A stretch of DNA of 64,000 bases. Origin: Felis catus (lineage: Eukaryota). The stretch's first letter is position 1. The number at the start of each line of letters is the position of its first letter. The stretch lies in NCBI RefSeq assembly GCF_018350175.1, contig NC_058368.1, positions 35,900,001 through 35,964,000 on the forward strand, in the 5' to 3' direction. This document shows, in pieces, positions 39,495 to 49,825 of the stretch. The position numbers and the translations under genes were made by a program. The notes under the pieces were generated by a model. It worked only from the letters and a program-made list of their open reading frames with translations. It was not told the DNA's origin and did not search any database.

Positions 39495-40360
39495 TGAAAC
39501 ACTGAGTTTTTATTAAAAGACTATCTCATCTTAACAAAGTCCAATAAATTCAGCAATAAAGTTTTCCTTAGAGTAAAAAGAACAACTTCTTTAAGCTTAA
39601 GCGTTTTCTTTTTTCCTTACCCTTCGAAACTTTTTAATCCCCACAAACATTTGCTGAAATAGAGAAATGACTTACCCATCTATTAAGAATAACATAATTT
39701 TTTGTTGCAGAATTGTATCACCATTTTCCCCAGGGAGGCAACAATGCTTTCTCACTTTAATATGTGTGTGGTTTTTTTCCTCATCTAATCAGCTAATACT
39801 TTTCAAAAGATCTTTTTAATGCCTAAATGAAAGGATTCCACATCAAAGACCTGACCTCCCTATTAAAGTATCTAAAGGAAACCCTAGGAATCTAAAATCC
39901 ATTCAAAGGCAAATCACAGGTAGCTTATTGTACAATGCATTAAGAAAAGAAAAGGAAAATAAGAAGCTTCATAAGAACTTCACGGAATTTGGTAAAATTA
40001 TACCACAAAATACAAATTGATCTCAAGTATAAAGAAACAAATTCATAGCCAAAAACGTATTACAAAAGTGCTCTGTAATCAGCCAGGAGGGGAGTCTTTA
40101 TGAGAAACTTCAGAATTTGTCATATTTTCAATCAAAATTTCTGATTACAGCTTAACGTTGGGAAGCCCAAAAAGAGAACAAACCACATATTTTTCAATAG
40201 ATTTAAAATCTGAAATTTTTAAAGCTAACTTTCAACATGGGGAAAGGTAGGTTTTATTACCGACAGCAATACTGGAAAAAGTAACGAAATGAAAGTAAAA
40301 ACTGATGAGATGTATAGACACAAATACTTTCTTCAAAAAAAATTAAACATTTTAACATAC

Positions 40361-40525
40361 CATGAATGTGGTTCTGAAGTTATTCAAGTCATTAAAAAAG
40401 TCTTCCACAGACACCTTCTTCACATCAATGGCGTAGTATCCCATCACACTCTGGTATAACGTTTCCATGTTTTCGTGTAACTTTAAAAGTTTCCCGTATT
40501 GTTCTTTTGCACTGATAACAAAGCT
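40361..40525 (-). CDS. DIAPH3: DIAPH3 internal coding exon, 165 nt (end of FH2); probably orthologous to human exon 24
   Basis: Minus strand reads ...tcccttaactctaagatac|AGCTTTGTT...ACATTCATG|gtatgt. 55 codons: SFVISAKEQYGKLLKLHENMETLYQSVMGYYAIDVKKVSVEDFFNDLNNFRTTFM. It is in frame with the upstream exon when the AC acceptor is used. Confidence 0.96.
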
Positions 40526-40899
40526 GTATCTTAGAGTTAAGGGATTCTGAAATTTACAAAGTAATGTTTTAGGAAAAAAAAATACCCTGTGAATCCAATG
40601 TTTGAATTATTAGTCACTATTACACATCTCCGAAATGCCAAAATTACCTCTAACAGGTCATTGTTCTCAAAACTCAATCTATCCTGTACGACAGTAAAAT
40701 CTTAACACCAATCTCTAATTAACTCCGGCCAAATTATCAGGAAAGTTAAATATTTATTTTTTTTATATTTGACAATTGAGTCCATGGAAATTATACTTCC
40801 AGTGTATGTATGTACATTATTCACATCATTCAATATGATTTAAATTATAGCTCAGTGTCTGATATTGAGTAATTTCAATGATATTGAAATCAACCACAT

Positions 40900-41110
40900 G
40901 GGCGCTGAACACAGCAGTTAAACTGGATGCCCGATGTCAATTTCCAGCTCCCGCACTTGCTGGTTGCCTGTGGGCACATGCCTTAATCTCTCTGGGCTAG
41001 GACTTCCTCATCTGTAAAATGGGAATAAGAATATCATCCATTTCACAGGGCTGCTGTGAGGATTAAACACGTTAATAATTCAAAATTCTTAGAAAAATGA
41101 ATAGCATTTT
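40900..41110 (+). mobile_element. MIR SINE relic
   Basis: MIR core ccttaatctctctgggctaggacttcctcatctgtaaaatgggaataagaata...gtgaggattaaa. Confidence 0.78.
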
Positions 41111-41216
41111 GTAGTACATGTAAATCCCTTTTTTTTATTGCATTTTGGGTTATATATGTGGTTCTAAAGTCCATCAAAAAATAAATTAAGAGTTACATTA
41201 AAAACTTCAAATATTA

Positions 41217-41439
41217 GGGGCGCCTGGGTGGCTCGGTCGGTTGAGCGTCCGACTTCGGCTCAGGTCATGATCTCACGGTCCGTGGGTTCGAGCCCCGCGT
41301 CGGGCTCTGTGTTGACAGCTCAGAGCCTGGAGCCTGTTTCAGATTCTGTGTCTCCCTCTCTCTGTGACCCTCCCCCGTTCATGCTCTGTCTCTCTCTGTC
41401 TCAAAAATAAATAAACGTTAAAAAAATTAAAAAAAAAAA
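41217..41439 (+). mobile_element. Young CpG-rich CanSINE inside the U12 intron
   Basis: Perfect TSD aaaaacttcaaatatta (41200-41216 / 41440-41456). Confidence 0.95.
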
Positions 41440-41875
41440 AAAAACTTCAAATATTACAGAACTTCATGTTTTAAATTCTCCTTTGGAAAACTGGGAAGTG
41501 ATTTATTTTATGCATTGCATCATCTAAAATTATGATCTGGCACATACACATACAGAAATATTCTCTTCTCATTTATTACAACACAGTTCAAAACACACTG
41601 ATTTTCAGAAGACTAACAGTGTGAATGTTGCAGTGGCATTAGAAAACATTTTCTAAACAAACCATAGAATTTCCTTTGTGGTGTGACAAATTGCTAATGC
41701 AGTTAGATATACCATACTTCATTCTGAAAAGATGACTCTGTTAGAGCATCATTCATAATCGTCTATGGCTCCTTTAAACTGGGACATTTAAAGAAATGGA
41801 ATATACAGAATTAAGCTTATCCAAGCCATTTTATTGTCTCTGACTAATGCAAAAAAAGAAAGATGTTAGTATATT

Positions 41876-42072
41876 TTTAAATTTTTAAATATTTGTTTAG
41901 TTATCTGTTTTTGGGGGGAGAGGCAGAGAGAGGGAGAGAAAAAATTCCCCACCAGGCTCTGCACTGTCTGCACAGAGCCTGATGCAGGGCTTGATCTCAC
42001 AAAGTGTGGGATCATGAGCTGAGCCAAAATCAAGAGTCGGACACTCAACCAACTGAGCCACCCAGGCGCCCC
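41876..42072 (-). mobile_element. Older CanSINE inside the U12 intron
   Basis: Reversed SINE ending ...ctgagccacccaggcgcccc. Confidence 0.9.
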
Positions 42073-44409
42073 AGTATACATATAGTTTTTTAAAGTCAGT
42101 AATAAGAATAACTAGATTCGTACCAAGAAAAGAAAACCAAAAAAGGAATTTTTATAACCAAAAAAAAAAAAAAAAAAAAAAAAGATTTTCCACAATTTCA
42201 AAAGATAACGGTTCCTCTGGTCAGAGTATTCCCCAATGGAAGATAAAATAAGGAAACCGATCTCGGCCTTTCATTTTGAGAAAGGAAGGCTGAAAAAGAA
42301 AGAGGCAGCATTGCTGTTAGATGGGTGGTGAAATCCAGGGGGGCATGGAAAATTTCTAATAATTAGAGCCCAACCTCCCCCAAAAAAGGCATTCCAGTCC
42401 ATCACGGCTCACTTGTACCCATGTCTGGGGTCAGTCCACAGATTACTTACTGCCCTTCTATGCTGGTTATTTCTCCCTCTCTGCACCCCCCAGACTATGC
42501 CCTGCTTACTTTTATATTTAGCATTTTAGGGGAAAAAAAGAGTATACTAAATATTGGAGTCTGGATTCTAATGGAAGGGTTAATACTTTTTTTAAATAAC
42601 CTTAAGAAAATCTATAGACCTTTCTGTCGTCCAGTTTATATTCATCTGAGTAGCAAAATGCCTCCTTATATTTTCTAGAATCTGGATCATAATAGCAGCA
42701 GTGGCTGATGAATTTATATGTAGTATCATTTTTTAATGCTTGCATAAACAAAAGATTTTCTGTAATTACTCAAATCACAAAATCACAGGAAATTATAATA
42801 CAGTCACACTTGACAGATTTCCATACACTTTGTCTTATGAAATATCCATATTCATGAAATATTATAAAGCAAATGTATGTAAATTGAAAAATCACGTTTG
42901 AAACACATTCAGAAACTAATATTAAATGGACCATATGGTGACTCATTTGTAATGTGAAATAATCAGTCCTTCATTTATATAGTAAGGTCAGAAATCAACA
43001 TTGGTTTATCTATTCAATCTATAAACTTTCACCTAAAATTATTTATGTCCCAGAGACAGACTATCTCCATATGGATTATTTATACATCCTTAACTCTTGT
43101 CTAAAAGAGAAATTGTTTTCTGCCTTTGCTCGCCCAAACCTATCATTCAAAGTTTCCTTCAATTATTCCTCTTCCACAAAGCCTTATTTTCTAATTTCCA
43201 CAGTAAGAAGTTCGTTCCACTGAACACATAGCATTTGCAATCCATTGTACTCAGCTGGAACGGAGGGGAGTTTTCCCTTCTAGACCAATTCCTTGATAGC
43301 ACTTTGCTCTTGCCACATTTCTAGAGGATGGCCACGTTGGACTGTCAGCCCCTTCTGTGGATGCTGTGTTCCACCTTCTCAGTACTTGTCTGCCACTACA
43401 TTCGTGTCAATTACTCATCTCCCCCTAGTGAGTCATCAAATTTCCATCAGTGGGAAGGTAACAGTCTTTCTCAAAAGTGTGATGAAAGCCACAGAACTTC
43501 TATTCAAAAAAGTCCATCTCTATGCATTCACACACATACAATTTGGATGTAATGCTAAGAGTTAACAGAGTCCCTGAAAAGTAGTTTTGCTGGACAACAT
43601 GTTAAGTAGGCTACTTTAGTGGGCGTTTCTAATTGTATGGTCCTAAAGCTACTCCTTGTCTTTCCCCTCACTGACTGCATAGTAAGGCTTTGCGTTTTAA
43701 TAAGAGGCACTTCACAAATATGAGTAATTTTATCCTGACACCTGTGAATACTCCCTTTCTCAAGAATCAGTTTGGTAAACAGGTTAAAACAAAGCTGTAA
43801 GTATTACCCAGTAACACTTTTTGAGATTTTCAAGTAGTAATCACAAGTTTATGAAACATCAGAAATAATATTAATACTATATTCTTAATAAAAGTACTAC
43901 AATTCTATGTAAACATAAAAAAGATGTGATGGGAAAGAAAACCAAGAGTCAAAACCATGGAGATGACATGGTCTTGTTCTGACAGCTAGAGTGCTTTATA
44001 AGTTAATTTTCTTATCGTTGTTATCTAGAAAACAATTTGCTCCCAAGGGAAATGCAATGGAGCTTTGAATAACTGGAATTACCCACGAGAATGGTAAAAT
44101 TGTGATTGAACAGAAACAATTTTGGAAATAGTCAAATTAATTCTCACTTTAAAATGATTGTCTGATAGGATAGAATAAATGATGACATTGATGAGGCACT
44201 CTACATCCCTATTGATGGGCTAGTCTCTCATTATGAGATGGTGAAACCACCCAGCACAAATACGTACTACATTTATTCTTACATCCTGCCCTCGTTATTG
44301 CTTCCCCCAACAAGGATATCTATTACTTCCATTAACACATCTTACAAGGACCAGCTCCAATCAGTCCTACATGCCTGATACCTTTTATAGATCTTAAGTA
44401 CTCGGGATC

Positions 44410-44800
44410 CAGCCAGGCAGCCAACCAGCTAGTCAGTAAGTATTCCCTAAGCTCCACTGCATTCCACTTTTCTGGGCAAGAGAGGAAACACTGGTTAACG
44501 AGGTAGGCAAAATCCCTGCTTTCATGAAACATACATTCGAGAGTGTAGTGACAGAATAAAGAAGTAAATGAATGAGATGTTCAGATAGTGATAAGTATGA
44601 TCATGAAGATAAAGGTCTGTGATATTAGACAGGGAAGTCCTGGCTAAGGGGACATCGCCTCAGACAGGGAGTCATCACTGTGAAAGGAGCTGTGAGCACC
44701 AAGCTGTGCAGCACCCTCTATAAGTGCAATAAGACCTCAGGGAAGGAAAAGATCATCGTCACTTTGGATGAGGACCAGGATATTTTAACCTGAGTTTTAC
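44410..44800 (-). mobile_element. L2 3' end relic
   Basis: cagtaagtattccctaagctccactgcattcca...aggcaaaatccctgctttcatgaaacatacattc...tcagatagtgataagtatga. Confidence 0.65.
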
Positions 44801-47800
44801 AAGTCCCTTCAGGACGAGTTAAACGGAAGACAAGGAAGGAAGAAAGAGAGAAGAGAGAGAAGAGTAAGTCAACAGAAAAATTTGCCATGACAAACCACCC
44901 AATTACCCAAACTCCCACTCTTGCAAATAGACAGGTGTTACATGAGTTTACATTTCCCAGATCCCGTTCCTCTATTTTACTCTCTAACCAGTGTTCAATT
45001 AAATAAAAATGTACTGAATTCCTTTACCTAAAAATGCTGTGTCTTATGCAGCATGGAATACAGATAAAAGACCTAAGCCCTTCAAGGAACTTATTAGGAC
45101 AGTTTCGCCTCTACATAATACTTTCAAAAGCACCTAAAGCATTGATATATACTAGAACAACAAAAAAGAAAGTGTGAAAATTGAGTAGGACTGCAATGAA
45201 CAAATTTAAAGACTATAACATGGGAAAAGGCAAGGAAACTGCAACATAAGTGGTAAAAAGTAAAAAAAAAAAAAAAATGAATGTCTGGCAAAACAATTTT
45301 TTTCTAAGAAACTCAGGAGGTGGGGTAGGAAGAGAAGAAAAGGTAAATAAATCCTTGTGCAGGGAGAACTTCAAGGGCAATGGTCTAGGATCTATTTGTT
45401 ATTTTCCTTGACATATGAAATATTCCAGAATCTAAAGATGAAAAGAAATGAACAGGTACTGCATGACACAAATCCTAGCATTTTCCTGATTTTCTCACAT
45501 ATAAGAGCTTAGTAAGTATGTGTGCTTCACATGTAATAGTTTGCATATAACAATGTTGGTGATCCTGCCTCAAATTCCTGTCACACATTTTTCAAGCAAA
45601 TATTTACAGTAGAAATGGTTAACTCCAGTTGTATTTCTGACCCAAGTTTAGCAGTTATAAAGAAATATAAATATTACAAAAAGGGCAATGTGATATATAT
45701 GAAATAACTGTACATGCATTTTAAAGGATATGCTAAATTCATATTTTTATACTCAGTATATGAAAGTAAAGAGAGTGCACTAAAAAAATAAAATTACAAT
45801 ATACTATAATTGAATGCTAACAGGGAAATTTCACATAACAAAATTATATCATTATAATTTAAAACAATTCAATTAACAGATTATTTAAGCTACTAAATCA
45901 TGACTGTTTAAATATCTACTTGCATAAATGCATCCCTAACAACTTAGATAATACACATATTCTTTTAGAATTGGTTGGCGAACCCAACAATTTGACATGT
46001 TTCAACTAATAAGCACAAAAACTTAAAACATAAACAAAGTTAGAGCGTTAATAGCCCAAACTTTAGTTAAATACATTTTTATTCATTGTGCATTTTAGTT
46101 TCTGAATCCTTTCATTTTGTAAGATCTGATTAAGAAGCTCACAATTTGCCACTTTAATAAGATCTATATAAATCCATTTAATATTCAAAATGTGACTTGT
46201 TGTCAGTCCTAATTAAAGTAAACAAAGCTTTGCAATGAATGAATTTAATTACTTCGAAACTAGTATGTCTAACCAAGATGAAAAGCAAACCAGTGCAATC
46301 TAATCTCAGCAAAGAATATTTATGATTATAAGCTTTGTCAATAGCAAAGTGCACCAACTGTTCGTATATCTGACTTCCAAGAGATACATGAATGCTAATC
46401 AGTTCATTAGAGGCTTCTAGGTTGTGATATTTAGCGACAGGATGTAGTAGCTTTCTTGTCCATGGAGTATAATTGTACTCAGAATGAAAAATTGTTTCCA
46501 ACAAAGCATCATCCTTCCTGTTTCTGATTTCCTGCTGGTTGCTTTTTATGAGCTGCATACCTTTCCAGAAGCCAACATCATTCAGCTTCTTGTGTCATAT
46601 GAATACAAGTATGGATAGGTCCTGAGATCGTCTGCTGAGCAGGATTCTACCACCTTCCCTCTAAGCTCAGGAATTTATCTTAGTTTATAGGTTCTAGAAA
46701 CCGGAGCCTCATAATTAGTATGCTCAAAGTGTATTACCAGAAACTGTATGCAGGCAAACCCTTTGCTAAAATGCATTCTCTCTATAGGGAACAATAAAAG
46801 TACTTCAATTAACAGTGCTTAATGATTAAAATAAACTGTCACATATGAATATTTTAACATGATAAAATGATGGAGGGAAAAAAGGCTAAGAATGATGAAA
46901 CTAATGTAACTCTGCAATAACAAATTTGTTTTAAAAAGCATACTTTGCCAAATGAGAAGGTGCTGCAAGAGTATTTTTTGATGGGTAAATACAGATTTCA
47001 CCTTTGGTTTTAAAAAAAAAAACAACCCTTCTCAAATGTAGCGATAATGGCACACTGCCTAATAAAAGAAGAAACTGGATGAGTAGGAAAGATATGAAAG
47101 GAAACAAACACATTAGCCTGAATTGATTGTTGCTGGAGTGCATTTTTATGATATTTCCCAAAAGAGACAGTGAACAAAGCTAAAATTGAACTAATTCACA
47201 ATTAAACTGAAAGCATATACAATAAAATCTATGACAAACCAAATAATAATTTTGTGATTTGCTAAATCTCAGGGGAGAAGGCACAGAAAGAGGAAAAGCA
47301 GTTATTTTATTTCAACCATCTCAGTTTAAGATATGAGGAGTGTCTATTTATAAGAGCTCATTGGAAGTGGGTTATCCTTTCATATAAAATTCTGAGGTCC
47401 ATATGGGATTTTAATAATGCATTGTAGTAATACTTTATTGTAACACAAAAGATATCAGTCTCTAATCTCATAGAATGGTTTGCAAAGCAACTCAACATTC
47501 ATTTCAGGAAATTAAAAAAAAAAAAGTTTATTACTTCAATTACTCATTAGAGAATAAGCCACAAAGTTAGTGAAACCAAAGATAATCGAATTCAAAAGAA
47601 ACCTTTAAATTAAGCAGGACACAAGTCTCATTTATGTATATACATAATACACACATACACACGCACATATGTATATGCACATACACTGATACTAATTTGT
47701 GTTTGGAGAAGACCTGCATGAGTAGTGATCATGACAAATTCCATTTTGATTTTGGAACTATGCAGTATTTCTAAATATCTTTAATACTAAAGTTTCTGGA

Positions 47801-48247
47801 ATGAGATCATTCTTTATACCAACCCTTGAAATTAAGCTGACAAGTCATACCAGTTTCTAAAATCTGCATATCTTTCCTGAAACATTTCAAAAGTATCTAA
47901 ATCACATCCCGATAGTAGATATCAAACTTCCTCAAACTGAGTTTTCATGTCCTTTCAATTTCTCATGAACATCACAAGGAAACAGGGCAAATGGAAGGGA
48001 AAAGAGGAGAGAAAATGTCCAAATGGATACAAAGTGAAACAAACAAACAAAAAGAATAGAAAGCAAAGTACATTTCTGTATCATTCATGATAGGCAAACA
48101 CATTGATAAATTTCCCTGCAAGAAGGCAAAGGCTAAAACTGTTATCTGGCACTGTAGGATAAGCACTGGTTATGCAAATATACCTACATCATTAAATAAA
48201 TTGTAACTCTAGTTGACTAGTGAGTTATTTAGATATCAGAAGGATAT

Positions 48248-48372
48248 GGACATCTTTGTCAGAAACTTATCATGCAAGTCCTCAGGAGGGGGAAAGGTTT
48301 CCAAATCTTTCTCAAGCTGTTGAAGCTGCCTTCCCATCTGCTTCAAATTCTTTTCCAGCGTTTCTACAGAGA
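48248..48372 (-). CDS. DIAPH3: DIAPH3 internal coding exon, 125 nt (FH2 C-terminal region); probably orthologous to human exon 23
   Basis: Minus strand reads ...ctcttttag|TCTCTGTAGAA...AAGATGTCC|atatccttc. Translation (phase 1 in, phase 0 out): (V)SVETLEKNLKQMGRQLQQLEKDLETFPPPEDLHDKFLTKMS, recognisable as the diaphanous-3 FH2 domain. U2-type AG acceptor and U12-type AT donor. Exon number is from memory. Confidence 0.96.
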
Positions 48373-49074
48373 CTAAAAGAGAGTATATTAAATGACTTGA
48401 AAGGACAAAATTATAATATATAAAAGGTAAAACACTCTAGGAACAAAATATTTGTGAAAAACCTTCCGATAATAAAGAAAGAAAATTCACTATACTAGAG
48501 GTAAACTAAATTCCACTTTTTAAAAAGCTTTTGATATTTAAAGGCAAATATAAAGGAAATTTCATATTTTTTTTAAAAAGAAGATGGAATTTAGGAAACG
48601 CTCACATGAACAAACTACATTTAATAAGTAAGTTTTGTTGAAAATTAGAGCCCTTGACCTCAACAAACGCTACAAAAGAATCCATCTATGCAGAAAAAGA
48701 GGCAAAGAAAGACTTTTAAACATAAACCAATTTCAATGCAGTTTTCACATTTTTCAAAATCATGATCTCTTGAGAGGAAACAATCAGTGCATGGAAAAGA
48801 CAGGGACGAGGATGCTCTATTGCCCAAGCTCATCTACAATAGGAATGAAAAGGTATCAGAAGCTACTTGAGCAACACATGGAACAAATATCACATCTTCT
48901 TTATTGGTACCCTGAGCACAATCTGTGTTTATTATCTAATGACAATCTCTCTTCTTCGACTTAAAGTTGCTCTCACAGTGCACATGAAGGAACTAGCGGT
49001 AGATCAGGGACCAAGGCACTATCAAAATGTATTGGTCGCCCAGTACGACGTTTAAGAATCATTACCTGAAATCT

Positions 49075-49291
49075 TTTTTTTTTTTTTTTAAGTTTGTTTA
49101 TTTTTGAGAGAAAGAGAGACAGAGTACGACCAGGGGAGGGGCAGAGACAGAGGGAAACACAGAATCCGAAGCAGGCTCCAGGCTCTGAGCTGTCAGCACA
49201 GAGCCCGACGTGGGGCTCAAACTCACGAACAGTGAGATCATGACCTGAGCCAAAGTCAGACCCTTAACTGACTGAGCCACCCAGGCACCCC
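49075..49291 (-). mobile_element. CanSINE
   Basis: TSD cattacctgaaatct (49060-49074) / cattacctaaaatct (49295-49309). Confidence 0.93.
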
Positions 49292-49602
49292 CAGCATTAC
49301 CTAAAATCTATGCATAATTTTAGATGACATCAAGAATTAACAATATATAAAGATATAGCGACCCAAACCAAATGTTTGGGTTCAGATGAATTTTGGTTAA
49401 AACTTCCTTTTACTTCCCATCAGTGTGAAGTATATGAAATGATGCTTAAAAATACATATAATAATTCTAGGCATACAGCCATTTTTAGGCTTCCAATTAA
49501 TCCTGAGGAATGGATATAAGTCAGGTTTCACCTGTAAGAATGGGCATATTTTTGAAAGTAACCTGAATGCCCAACAAATGGGACTGAGTTAAAAAATATT
49601 TA

Positions 49603-49825
49603 GGGGCGCCTGGGTGGCGCAGTCGGTTAAGCGTCCGACTTCAGCCAGGTCACGATCTCGCGGTCCGTGAGTTCGAGCCCCGCGTCAGGCTCTGGGCTGA
49701 TGGCTTAGAGCCCGGAGCCTGTTTCCGATTCTGTGTCTCCCTCTCTCTCTGCCCCTCCCCCGTTCATGCTCTGTCTCTCTCTGTCCCAAAAATAAATAAA
49801 AAAAACGTTGAAAAAAAAAAATAAA
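49603..49825 (+). mobile_element. Very young CpG-rich CanSINE (ggtggcgcagtcgg / ctgggctgatggc type)
   Basis: Perfect TSD aaaaaatattta (49591-49602 / 49826-49837); CpGs retained. Confidence 0.95.

Larger units (their letters stand above)
19808..40360 (-). other. DIAPH3: U2-type GT-AG intron of DIAPH3, 20,553 nt, phase 0
   Basis: GTATGT donor at 40360 and ...gtaacag acceptor at 19808 join FRTTFM to QARKEN in frame. Confidence 0.92.
40526..48247 (-). other. DIAPH3: U12-type (minor spliceosome) AT-AC intron of DIAPH3, 7,722 nt
   Basis: 5' end ATATCCTT (48247-48240); branch site TCCCTTAAC (40544-40536) followed by 10 nt ending in AC (40527-40526); no polypyrimidine tract; the junction preserves the reading frame. 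Confidence 0.95.

Noticed and set aside
41228..41410. Recurrent 'MAQSVKRPTSAQVMIS...' peptides across the window, and tRNA-like heads as tRNA genes
   Set aside because: All are CanSINE-derived; the tRNA similarity is limited to the SINE Pol III promoter region.
48220..48423. 67-aa plus-strand ORF
   Set aside because: Antisense shadow of the DIAPH3 exon.
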